A stretch of DNA of 64,000 bases from Bacillota bacterium (lineage in GTDB: Bacteria > Bacillota > Clostridia > Lachnospirales > Anaerotignaceae). The notes beneath the pieces are model-generated. The model was given only the letters and a program-made list of their open reading frames with translations, was not told the origin of the DNA and made no database searches. Below are positions 1 through 8,640 of the stretch, piece by piece. How positions within the stretch are numbered: the first letter of the stretch is position 1; each line of letters opens with the position of its first letter. A program made the translations under genes and the position numbers. The DNA is taken from positions 68,336-132,335 of the forward strand of contig JAETUG010000002.1 in the NCBI GenBank assembly GCA_021768705.1, given 5' to 3'.

Positions 1-246
1 GAACAACGTCAAATGCACCGTCAAGTCAGGATACACATGGTCTATCTCCATAAATACTTTCCCCACGGCGATGGTCACGCCCAATTCCTCCCGACATTCC
101 CGCACCAAGGCTTCTTCCTTCGTTTCCCCCGGCTCCACCTTGCCGCCCACAAATTCCCACAAAAGCCCTCTGGCCTTATGGGCAGGTCTTTGGCAGGCCA
201 TGAATCTATCTCCATCCCAAATGAGAGCCGCTACTACCTCCGTCAT
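1..246 (-). CDS. NUDIX (MutT-family) hydrolase, runs off the window start
   Basis: Not in the ORF track. Manual translation from ATG 246: MTEVVAALIWDGDRFMACQRPAHKARGLLWEFVGGKVEPGETKEEALVRECREELG, a complete Nudix box; GGAGG RBS at 256-260. Confidence 0.9.
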   Translation of the reverse strand, partial: MTEVVAALIWDGDRFMACQRPAHKARGLLWEFVGGKVEPGETKEEALVRECREELGVTIAVGKVFMEIDHVYPDLTVHLTLF

Positions 247-433
247 GCTTTTCCGCCTCCTGTTTCAAAATCGTTCCAAAACCATTCTAAAATCATTTCT
301 AAATCGTTTCTAAATCGTTTCTTATTGACCGTTATTATAGACGGATCGGCTATGAAAATCAACTGCATCCCCCTACACAACTATGCCATAACGCTATCAT
401 TTATCGTTCTGAATCTCCCCCTTCTTTCATAGA

Positions 434-1504
434 ATGGAAAAAGGAAGGGAGGCGGCTGTGGTGCAAAAAAAGAACAAAGGAGCCCTGAATTTGGTGGGTC
501 TGGTGCTTTTTCTGCTGGCACTGCCCTTTTTTTTCCGCATGGGGGGCGGTCAGTTCGCCATGGCAGAAGTCCTGCCGGGACAAGTCTCTTCGGACAAGTT
601 GTCCCTGGCCTTTCTGCAGCAGGAAGAAAAAGAAGTCATCACTGCCAATGTCCTTGGCAAAGAAGATATCGAATTTTCCAAATCCTTAGCCATCAGCGCA
701 GGAGGACGCTCCATGAATGTCACAGCGGAGCAATTGGCAAAGATGCAGGATTTTTCCTATCTCAAGAGCAACTATTACATCGTCGATTCCCGCACCACCC
801 TGCTGCCTGAAGATATCGACGTGGAACAGGCGTTAAGCCTTGACCTGACCATCGAAAAGACAAAAAAAGAGCCAAAAATCCTCATTTTCCACACCCATTC
901 CCATGAAGGCTTTTCCGACAGCGATATGTCCAAAGGCTTACAGGAAGGCATCTGGGGCGTAGGCGAACGGCTGAAAGAGATTTTGGAGGAAGAATACGGC
1001 ATTGGCGTTATCCATGATAACGGGCAATACGACATGGTAAATGGAAAGGGTCAGATCACAGGGGCATATGAACGGATGGAGCCGCCCATTCGGGAAATTC
1101 TGGCGAAATATCCTTCTATCGAGGTCTGCATCGACCTGCATCGGGACGGTGTGGCGGAAGGCACTCGTTTGGTGACAGAGATCGACGGAAAGCCCTGCGC
1201 CCAGGTGATGTTTTTCAACGGGCTCTGCCGCCTGAACAAGGACGGCACCGCACAACCCATCAGTGGTCTGGAAAATCCCTATCTGAGGGAAAATCTGGCT
1301 TTCAGCCTGCAGATGAAAACCGCCGCAAACCAGAGATATCCTGATTTTTCACGAAAAATCTATCTTAGTGCCTACCGTTTCAGCCTGCATATGCTCCCCC
1401 GCTCCACCCTCATCGAGGTAGGCGCCCAGACCAATACGAAGGAAGAAGCCCTCAACGCCATGGAGCCTTTGGCGGAAGTCCTTGCCAGCGTTCTTCTTTC
1501 TTGA
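434..1504 (+). CDS. spoIIP: Stage II sporulation protein P (amidase/endopeptidase)
   Basis: N-terminal TM segment; IFHTHSHE, DLHRDG and LIEVG motifs. Start may be a GTG near 458-461. The stop TGA lies inside repeat copy A. Confidence 0.85.
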   Translation: MEKGREAAVVQKKNKGALNLVGLVLFLLALPFFFRMGGGQFAMAEVLPGQVSSDKLSLAFLQQEEKEVITANVLGKEDIEFSKSLAISAGGRSMNVTAEQLAKMQDFSYLKSNYYIVDSRTTLLPEDIDVEQALSLDLTIEKTKKEPKILIFHTHSHEGFSDSDMSKGLQEGIWGVGERLKEILEEEYGIGVIHDNGQYDMVNGKGQITGAYERMEPPIREILAKYPSIEVCIDLHRDGVAEGTRLVTEIDGKPCAQVMFFNGLCRLNKDGTAQPISGLENPYLRENLAFSLQMKTAANQRYPDFSRKIYLSAYRFSLHMLPRSTLIEVGAQTNTKEEALNAMEPLAEVLASVLLS

Positions 1505-1642
1505 GGGTTTCACCCTCAAACTCCTACCAAGGGACCTTGTCAAGCATCTTTCCTTCGGAAAGACAGCTACGCTGCCGCCTTGATCTTGGCGGTGCTCAAA
1601 TCCCTTGGAACCCTATATTGCAAAAACGGAACTGTTTTTGCA
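1501..1642. repeat. Modular palindromic repeat family 1, copy A (rearranged)
   Basis: TTGAGGGTTTCACCCTCAAA hairpin plus the core GTCAAGCATC...GGCGGTGCTCAAATCCC shared with 6823-7020 and 8404-8640. Confidence 0.9.
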
Positions 1643-1701
1643 GGAACAGAAATGGTATAAATAACATAAATAAATCAAAAATCTTTTGCCATATTAAGAA
1701 T

Positions 1702-2112
1702 ATGGTTAAAAAGTTTATGGTATTTGGTGTGCTGGGCTGGTGTGCGGAAATCCTCTGGACGGGGCTTCACTCCCTTTTGGCAGGGGATGGCGCACTGACG
1801 GCAAAAACATATTTATGGATGTTCCCCATTTACGGGTTGGCAGCCTTGGCAGAGCCGCTGTTCCTGGCCCTGCGGAAATATTGTCCCCTGTGGCAGAGGT
1901 TGGGCATGTATACATTTTCTATTTTTCTGGTGGAATTTTTGACCGGCTGGCTGCTGCAGATTGTGACCGGTGCCTGCCCCTGGGATTATGGGAATGGAAT
2001 CTTTTCCGTCATGGGGTTCATCCGTTTGGATTATGCGCCCCTTTGGGCAGCACTGGGGTATTTTTTCGAAGAGGTGAGCCTGTTTTTGGCAAAGAAAGGA
2101 GAACCGACATAA
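1702..2112 (+). CDS. Small membrane protein, putative CmpB/TMEM229-like ABC permease family
   Basis: GWCAE...WMFPIYG...EFLTG...PWDY...IRLDY pattern. The track ORF extension from 1501 is repeat-derived. Confidence 0.7.
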   Translation: MVKKFMVFGVLGWCAEILWTGLHSLLAGDGALTAKTYLWMFPIYGLAALAEPLFLALRKYCPLWQRLGMYTFSIFLVEFLTGWLLQIVTGACPWDYGNGIFSVMGFIRLDYAPLWAALGYFFEEVSLFLAKKGEPT

Positions 2113-2115
2113 TAT

Positions 2116-2144
2116 TTGCAGTTTCCAGCGATTTCGTGTACAAT
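2116..2144 (+). promoter_or_regulatory. Sigma-A-like promoter for the HAD-GT8 operon
   Basis: TTGCAG-17bp-TACAAT. Confidence 0.55.
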
Positions 2145-2313
2145 GCTATAAAAGTGTTGTCAATGGACGCAAAAAGATGGCTGCTTGCAGACATCTCCCT
2201 GCGGACATTAGACAACCTAACACATGAGCAGGACGCAGTCCTGCGAATGGGTATCCGTTGCGAAGCAACGAGCTTTTATGACCGATACCCCATTATTGTT
2301 AAGGAGAATCGCC

Positions 2314-2964
2314 ATGGAAAAACTGAAACAGAACATCATCTTATTCGATCTGGACGGCACATTGACCGATTCTGCAGAGGGTGTCATCCGTTCCTGCCAG
2401 TATATGCAGGAAAAAATGGGCATGCAGGTCTGGGAAACTGCCGATCTGAAATTTATCGTCGGTCCTCCCCTGATCAAGACTTTTACAGAGGATTTCGCCA
2501 TGGATCAGGAAACTGCGGAAAAAGCCATCCTCTGCTTCCGGGAACGCTATGCCACCATCGGCTTATTTGAAAACAAGGTTTTCCCCGGTATTGAAGACAT
2601 GCTGGAGGCCTTGAAAGCCAAAGGAAAGCGCATGGCTGTTGCCACTTCCAAAAAAGAAGAGCTGGCGTTCCGTATTCTGGAGCATTTTGGCATTGCCAAA
2701 TATTTTGAAGTCATCGGCGGGGATAAAAGAGAGGTCGGTCGGGATAACAAAGCCAAAGTCATTGACTATGTGCTGGAAACCATGGCGGCCGCAAAGGATG
2801 ACGTCATTATGGTAGGGGACAGAAAATTTGATATCGAGGGGGCGCATGCCATCGGCATTCCCTGTATCGCTGTGGAATTTGGCTACGGCGACAGAGCGGA
2901 ATTTGAAAAATACGGCGCAGACTTCATCGTAGCCACTGCGGAGGATGTGGCAAATCTGTTCTAA
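2314..2964 (+). CDS. HAD-family phosphatase (phosphoglycolate phosphatase/5'-nucleotidase-like)
   Basis: FDLDGTLTDS motif I, ATSK, MVGDR motif; AAGGAG RBS before ATG 2314. Confidence 0.9.
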   Translation: MEKLKQNIILFDLDGTLTDSAEGVIRSCQYMQEKMGMQVWETADLKFIVGPPLIKTFTEDFAMDQETAEKAILCFRERYATIGLFENKVFPGIEDMLEALKAKGKRMAVATSKKEELAFRILEHFGIAKYFEVIGGDKREVGRDNKAKVIDYVLETMAAAKDDVIMVGDRKFDIEGAHAIGIPCIAVEFGYGDRAEFEKYGADFIVATAEDVANLF

Positions 2965-2979
2965 GAAGGTGAAGAAAAG

Positions 2980-3792
2980 TTGAAAAAAATGAATATCCTT
3001 GTCACCTGCGACAGCGGATACGCTAAACAGGCTGCACTGATGCTCTATTCTCTGCAGAAAAACCATCCCGAAACATTTCTGGATATTTTTGCAGTGGGTG
3101 CTTTGCAGGAAGGGGATATGGCACTGATGGGAAAGGCTTTGGATGGGAAAAAAAGCCGCCTGACCCACAGGGCTTTCGACGGGGAAATTTTGAAAGATGC
3201 ACCCACCACAGACCGTTACCCTGTGGAAATGTATTACCGCATCTTTGCAGCACAATATCTGCCGAAGGAAATGGAACGGGTGCTGTACTTAGACCCTGAC
3301 CTGGTGGTCACGGGAGATTTGACTGAGCTGTACGAAATGGAGATGGGCGATGCCTTTTTTGCCGCAGCCAGCCACGTGAAGGAAGAAACCTTTTTGGAAA
3401 AGCTGAACCAAAAACGATTGGATATGGATGGCATCTATATCAATTCGGGGGTCATGCTGCTGAATCTGGAAGCATTACGGAAGGAACAGGACATACAGGC
3501 TGTGGCAGAGTATATTGCTACCCATGAAAAGCTGCTCATTCTGCCGGATCAGGATGTCATCAGCGGACTGTATCATGATAAGATCTGCCCCATCGACGCC
3601 TATGTCTATAACATGACGGAGCGGATGTTCACACCGGCTCTCTTGAAGGGCATGGAGACAGACTGGGTCTGCAGGAATACCGCCATCATCCATTACTGCG
3701 GAAGGAATAAGCCCTGGAAGCCCCTGTATAAGGGGAAACTGGATGTGTTCTATCTGCTGAATCGGATAGAATGGGAAAAAGCAATCCAATAA
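2980..3792 (+). CDS. Glycosyltransferase family 8
   Basis: RVLYLDPD, INSGVML, PDQD and IHYCGRNKPW motifs; TTG start. Confidence 0.9.
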   Translation: MKKMNILVTCDSGYAKQAALMLYSLQKNHPETFLDIFAVGALQEGDMALMGKALDGKKSRLTHRAFDGEILKDAPTTDRYPVEMYYRIFAAQYLPKEMERVLYLDPDLVVTGDLTELYEMEMGDAFFAAASHVKEETFLEKLNQKRLDMDGIYINSGVMLLNLEALRKEQDIQAVAEYIATHEKLLILPDQDVISGLYHDKICPIDAYVYNMTERMFTPALLKGMETDWVCRNTAIIHYCGRNKPWKPLYKGKLDVFYLLNRIEWEKAIQ

Positions 3793-3835
3793 AGAGAAAG
3801 ACCGTCTCAACTTGCGATGAGACGGTCTTTCTCTT
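3792..3835 (+). terminator. Intrinsic terminator
   Basis: AAGAGAAAGACCGTCTCA/TGAGACGGTCTTTCTCTT inverted repeat right after the stop. Confidence 0.75.
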
Positions 3836-3898
3836 ATTGGACAGTGGGAAGATCGTATTTCACGGGGTCCATATAAAATACAATACCTGTCCTCTCAT

Positions 3899-3923
3899 AT
3901 TTTAGCGAAATTTTCGCTAAAAT
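3899..3923. promoter_or_regulatory. Perfect palindrome, likely XRE operator
   Basis: ATTTTAGCGAAA-T-TTTCGCTAAAAT, 46 bp upstream of the XRE gene. Confidence 0.5.
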
Positions 3924-3969
3924 GAGATAATGAGATTTCCTTAAGATATTCTTATTTTGAGGTGATATT

Positions 3970-4194
3970 ATGTACCACAGAATAAGAGACTTACGAGAAG
4001 ATAAAGATATAACGCAAATCCAGATGGCAAAGATCCTTTATTGCAGTCAAAGTATCTACAGCAGCTATGAACGAGGAGAAGCCAATATTCCCACACAAAT
4101 TTTGATCCGATTGGCACAATTCCACAATACCAGCACTGATTATCTGCTAGGACTGACGGATATTTCCACACCCTATAAACGAAAGAAAACCTGA
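3970..4194 (+). CDS. XRE-family HTH transcriptional regulator
   Basis: RIRDLREDKDITQ...YSSYERGE...STDYLLG. Confidence 0.9.
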   Translation: MYHRIRDLREDKDITQIQMAKILYCSQSIYSSYERGEANIPTQILIRLAQFHNTSTDYLLGLTDISTPYKRKKT

Positions 4195-4222
4195 ACATCT
4201 ATAAAATTGCGAGGCGATTTTT

Positions 4223-4471
4223 ATGCATAAAAACAAAAGTGCAGAAGGCAAGAACAATCTTTGCGGCGCAAAAGTCAGCGAATATCGCATGAAGCTGCCC
4301 GAAAAAACCTCTCAACGAAAATTGGCAGACCTTTTGCAGATGGAGGGCATTGATGTCGATAAAAACGCCATCCAACGCATCGAAAGTGGCAAGCGTTTTG
4401 TGACAGATATCGAATTGAAGGCATTGGTAAAGGTCCTTGGCGTTCGATACGAAGATTTATTGGGAGATTAA
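4223..4471 (+). CDS. XRE-family HTH transcriptional regulator
   Basis: SQRKLA...IQRIESGKRFVTDIEL. Confidence 0.85.
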   Translation: MHKNKSAEGKNNLCGAKVSEYRMKLPEKTSQRKLADLLQMEGIDVDKNAIQRIESGKRFVTDIELKALVKVLGVRYEDLLGD

Positions 4472-4502
4472 AAAAAGAGTCCAAAAGGACTCTTTTTCTG
4501 TG

Positions 4503-5252
4503 TCAAAGAAATAATTCATTCTCTTTTCTGCCTTCCAAAGCCTTTTTCAGCATGGCCTTTGCCCCTGCCAGCAGCACAGGGCTCACGCTCCTTGCCTGTT
4601 TGGGACAAACCGCCACGCACGCCATGCAGGTGATACATTTCTCCCCATCCGTTTCCCTGGGATTCTCCACAGAAATGGCACCCACGGGGCATTTCGCCGC
4701 ACAAGTGCCGCAGCCGCCGCAATTTTTATTTGCCTTGGGTGTCATGGGCAGTGCGCCGTATTTTTTATAGGGTCTGTTGCCGGGGAAGACAATGTCTCCG
4801 CCCTGCTCTGCCTTTTCTTTCAGCTTGGCAGACCAGCCTTTCAGCTGTTCCCCATCGGCGGCATCGGGGCGTCCCGCCGCAAATTCCCGCATAATGGAGT
4901 GTTCTGCCACCACCGCAGCCCCCGCCACGGGCAGGAAGCCGCAGGCTTTCAGGGTATCCTCCAGTTCCACCAAGGTATCCTCATAAGCACGATTGCCGTA
5001 AACCGCCACAAGGATGACTTTTGCACCGCCGCCCCGCATCCGGCTCAGACGTTCCGTGGCAATGGCAGGCACACGACCGCCAAAGGAAGGCACTGCCACC
5101 AGACAGATATCCTCCCCTGTAAATGCATATCGGGAGAAATCCTCCTCACGATTGCAAAGATCGATCTCCTTTTTTTCGTTCCATGCCGCAGAAAGCAGCT
5201 CTGCGGATTTTTTCGTTCCCCCTGTGGGGCTGAATGTGATCTGGTAAAACAT
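4503..5252 (-). CDS. Flavodoxin-like + 4Fe-4S dicluster protein (EFR1-like)
   Basis: FSPTGGT flavodoxin loop, YGNRAYED, two CxxCxxCxxxCP motifs; start set at MFYQ. Confidence 0.85.
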   Translation of the reverse strand: MFYQITFSPTGGTKKSAELLSAAWNEKKEIDLCNREEDFSRYAFTGEDICLVAVPSFGGRVPAIATERLSRMRGGGAKVILVAVYGNRAYEDTLVELEDTLKACGFLPVAGAAVVAEHSIMREFAAGRPDAADGEQLKGWSAKLKEKAEQGGDIVFPGNRPYKKYGALPMTPKANKNCGGCGTCAAKCPVGAISVENPRETDGEKCITCMACVAVCPKQARSVSPVLLAGAKAMLKKALEGRKENELFL

Positions 5253-5265
5253 ACCGATTCCCCCT

Positions 5266-6804
5266 TTAGAACAACAGATCCAGTTCCGTTTTTGCCTTTT
5301 CGATATCCTGCAGAATGGTTTTCTGCTTTTCGTCAAAAAGCAGTTCCTGATTGTAGCGATAATATTTTTCGGAACCGTTTTCGCTGATGAATTTTACACT
5401 GTAGAAATTGGTGGTCAGTTCTGTGATAAAGATGACCATTTCCTGGCCTGCGCCAAAGGTTTCCTCCAGGAAAGCAAAAGCGTTATCCAACGCTAAAGAG
5501 GCGGCATCGATGGTCTCTTCCCGTTTTTCCGCTTCTGCGGCGAACAGCTCCTTCACAAGGGCAAAGGCATCCTCTTTTTCCCGACAGCCTGCCTTTTTCC
5601 CTTCCGCCAGGAAGAACTGCAGCCGTTCCAGTTCCCGCATACGGGCCCGCTCTGCTGTTTTTTCCAGCAAGCCTGCCTTCCGTTCCCTTGCGAATGTGGT
5701 TTCTTTTTCTTCGATCAACCCTGTAAAAAGGTTCTCCCAGGGGGTCTCCTTGCAATAGGGGCTGGCAAAGCGTTCCTTCAATTCCAATAGCCCTCCGTGA
5801 AGCCCCGTTACCATCAGGTCTGCTTCATAAGCCTGCCGGAAACCTTCCGACAGCTTGCTCAACAGCAGCCCCATCACGCTCAGGCGTTCATCGAAGGGAG
5901 CTTCCTGCAGCTTCGCCACCGCCTGCTTCGTATATTCGCCCCGCAGGATATCGTCCACACGGTAATCAGAGCGATATTTGCGGTACAGATCCAGATAGTT
6001 GGCAAAATCCTTTGCGATTTTCCGATGCTGCAGATACTGATACACCAATCCTTCATCCACAGGCAGGTTCATATCTTCATACACCTTTAAAATGGTGGAT
6101 AGATCCTCCCAGCCACGGGCAGTGACAAAGCGTTTGCCGTCCACCGTAGTCTCCATGGCATAGAAGTGGTTTTTGCGGATTTCCAGATAGGAAATGATGG
6201 CGCCGTGGATGCCCTGTTTATAGGCGTATTCCTTCCATACGTTGAAATCTGGCTCGACATCGATCTTTTTCACACGGTCGAGGGTTACTACGTCGAATTC
6301 CCGTACGCTTTTGTTATATTCGGGAGGGTTGCCTGCTGCGGCAATCAACCAACCATCGGGGACCTTATGGGCACCGAAGGTCTTGCACTGCAAAAATTGC
6401 AGCATTGCAGGAGCCAGTGTTTCGGAGGCGCAGTTGATCTCATCGATGAACAAAATGCCTTCCTTCAGCCCCGTTTCTTCCATTTTATCGTAGACAGAAG
6501 CGATGATTTCGCTCATGGTATATTCTGTTACCGCATATTCCCTGCCGCCATAATTTTTATGGCTGATGAAGGGCAGACCGATGGCGGACTGTCTGGTGTG
6601 ATGGGTGATGCTATAGGAAACCAGCGCAACGCCGCATTCCCGTGCCACCTGCTCCATCACGGCGGTCTTACCGATGCCGGGTGCGCCCATCAGCAGGATA
6701 GGACGCTGGCGCACGGCAGGGATGCGGTATTCGCCGAATTCGTCCTTTGCCAGATACGCCTGGATGGAGTTTTTTATCTCATTTTTCGCTCTCTTGATAT
6801 CCAT
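5266..6804 (-). CDS. MoxR-like AAA+ ATPase
   Basis: Walker A GAPGIGKT, Walker B LFIDEIN, AAGNP, VTARGWE. Confidence 0.85.
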   Translation of the reverse strand: MDIKRAKNEIKNSIQAYLAKDEFGEYRIPAVRQRPILLMGAPGIGKTAVMEQVARECGVALVSYSITHHTRQSAIGLPFISHKNYGGREYAVTEYTMSEIIASVYDKMEETGLKEGILFIDEINCASETLAPAMLQFLQCKTFGAHKVPDGWLIAAAGNPPEYNKSVREFDVVTLDRVKKIDVEPDFNVWKEYAYKQGIHGAIISYLEIRKNHFYAMETTVDGKRFVTARGWEDLSTILKVYEDMNLPVDEGLVYQYLQHRKIAKDFANYLDLYRKYRSDYRVDDILRGEYTKQAVAKLQEAPFDERLSVMGLLLSKLSEGFRQAYEADLMVTGLHGGLLELKERFASPYCKETPWENLFTGLIEEKETTFARERKAGLLEKTAERARMRELERLQFFLAEGKKAGCREKEDAFALVKELFAAEAEKREETIDAASLALDNAFAFLEETFGAGQEMVIFITELTTNFYSVKFISENGSEKYYRYNQELLFDEKQKTILQDIEKAKTELDLLF

Positions 6805-6822
6805 AATTACACTCCTTTTTTC

Positions 6823-7020
6823 TTGAGGGTTTCACCCTCAAACTCCCACCAAGGGAGTCACTCCCTTGGAACCCGATACCGCAGAACCATATACATGGTT
6901 CTGCAAATGGGGGTCAAGGGGATTTGAGCACCGCCAAGATGAAGGCGGCGGCGTAGCCGTCTTCCCGCAGGGAAGATGCTTGACCTATTCCCCTTGCAGG
7001 GTTTGGGACGGCGTCCCAAA
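6823..7020. repeat. Modular palindromic repeat family 1, copy B
   Basis: Reverse complement of most of 8437-8640; overlaps the last codons of the VWA gene. Confidence 0.95.
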
Positions 7021-8385
7021 AGAAATATCGTCTTTGCCAAGTATCAGTTTCATCGCCCAAGGGGGCACATTCACGTCCGTGTAGTCTTCATGATAGAACA
7101 CAAAAGCCGCATCATAGGCGGGTCTGCGGCGGGGGAACGTCCCATACCCATCGGTGAAATAGATAAGCCCCTTCAAATTCTGGAAGGCTTTCTCCTCAAT
7201 GAGCCTGTCCACATATTGGAACACCGGTCGGAAATCCGTGCCGCCGCTGCCTCGCAGTTCAAAATCCTCCATAAACAACGCCAATTCCTCGGCAGAAGTA
7301 ATCTTTTTATCCAGCTGCACCACCGCATCGCACTGTATGATGTGGATATTCACCTTATGGAAGAAGCTTTCACTGCTGGAAAGGATGGCATAAGTCTCTT
7401 CCAAAAATCGTTTCACCGTCTCCCCCTCACAGGATTCGGAGGTATCGATGGCAATGACCAATTCCTCCACCTTTTTCACTTCTTTATATTCCAACGCTTC
7501 GATGAGAGGCAGATTGCCGTAGAGGTTCAGCCCATAGGTGTAGAAAATGAAGTCAAAAGCATCATCATCCACCCGCATATCCTCTTTCAACGTCACAAAT
7601 TTCTGCAAGAACTGCCGATAATCGTAACGTTCTCTGTTTTCCACCTTCAAGTATTGCAGCAGCTCACCGGCTTCCTCCCCCATATCTTTGGAGAAGGTTT
7701 CCAGATTGGTTTCCGTCTTTTCGCCGATTTCCGTCCATTTTTCCTCCAGCTGCTGCTGTTTTTCGTTCTGTTCCTGTTCCTGCTGGTTGTTATTCTGGTC
7801 GTTGTTTTGATCGTTGTTTTGATTATCCTGATTCTGGTCATCCTCTTTTTTATGCTCCCAGAAAACATGATCGTCCACCCAAAATTCCAGCTGCAATTTG
7901 CCAAATTCCTGTATAGACAAATTTTTCTCCTGCAAAACACGATAGATGCCCTCGGCGGAAAGCACCTGCAATTCCCGTCGGAGCATATCGTAGGTTTCAT
8001 TTCGCTGATCGGATACCACCAGATGCACCGCTTTGCCGGGCAGAGAATCCACGATGGATTCCACGGCGATATCACAGGCCAGGTGCCAAAGCTCCTCGTC
8101 CCGACCGTTCAGGTGGAAAGGATGGCGGAACAAACAATGCAGCACCATATGCAGATAGGCACGATTCACCAATACACGGTCGCAAAGATATCGCTGCACC
8201 AGATAACGGGGGTTAAACAAAATCTTTTCGCCATCGGTGCCTACATACAGGGAAGAAAGGTTCATTTCGTATTTTAAGCCGCTCAGTGCCAGATCCAGAA
8301 AACGCATGGAAAGGTATAATTCATTTCTGGATGCGCTCAGGATATTGGTCCCGATTTGTATCAATTTTTGATGTGTCTCGTTCAT
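6985..8385 (-). CDS. DUF2201-type metallopeptidase-like domain + VWA domain protein
   Basis: GTDGE and YLHMVLHCLFRH N-domain; MIDAS-like IAIDTSES, GGTDF, YFTDG; N/Q-rich linker. Confidence 0.85.
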   Translation of the reverse strand: MNETHQKLIQIGTNILSASRNELYLSMRFLDLALSGLKYEMNLSSLYVGTDGEKILFNPRYLVQRYLCDRVLVNRAYLHMVLHCLFRHPFHLNGRDEELWHLACDIAVESIVDSLPGKAVHLVVSDQRNETYDMLRRELQVLSAEGIYRVLQEKNLSIQEFGKLQLEFWVDDHVFWEHKKEDDQNQDNQNNDQNNDQNNNQQEQEQNEKQQQLEEKWTEIGEKTETNLETFSKDMGEEAGELLQYLKVENRERYDYRQFLQKFVTLKEDMRVDDDAFDFIFYTYGLNLYGNLPLIEALEYKEVKKVEELVIAIDTSESCEGETVKRFLEETYAILSSSESFFHKVNIHIIQCDAVVQLDKKITSAEELALFMEDFELRGSGGTDFRPVFQYVDRLIEEKAFQNLKGLIYFTDGYGTFPRRRPAYDAAFVFYHEDYTDVNVPPWAMKLILGKDDISFGTPSQTLQGE

Positions 8386-8403
8386 GCCATCTCGCCTCCT
8401 TTC

Positions 8404-8640
8404 AAGACCTTGGGGGCTTCACCCCCAATTCCCCTATCGGGACGCCGTCCCGAACCCTGCCAGGGGAATAGGTCAAGCATCTTCCCTGCGGGAAGACGGC
8501 TACGCCGCCGCCTTCATCTTGGCGGTGCTCAAATCCCCTGGACCCTCATTTGAAAATCAAATTTCTTTGAAAATTGATTTTCGTACCGGGTTCCAAGGGG
8601 GTGACCCCCTTGGTGGGAGTTTGAGGGTGAAACCCTCAAA
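8404..8640. repeat. Modular palindromic repeat family 1, copy C (longest)
   Basis: A chain of at least seven hairpins fills the whole intergenic space; inverted relative to copy B. Confidence 0.95.

Noticed and set aside
13-432. 139-aa plus-strand ORF
   Set aside because: Antisense shadow of the minus-strand NUDIX gene, which has a full Nudix box and an RBS.
2150-2310. ykkC-type nucleotide riboswitch upstream of the HAD gene
   Set aside because: The ykkC consensus segments are not visible; kept only as an unassigned structured leader.
6858-8553. Small ORFs 6858-7040, 6866-7084, 8286-8471 and 8356-8553 with similar peptides (RRLRRRLHLGGAQIP)
   Set aside because: The similarity comes from translating repeat family 1; there is no RBS or other coding evidence.
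1501-8640. Repeat family 1 as a CRISPR array or a known riboswitch
   Set aside because: The copies are dispersed, in both orientations and not regularly spaced; there are no cas genes and no recognised aptamer consensus.
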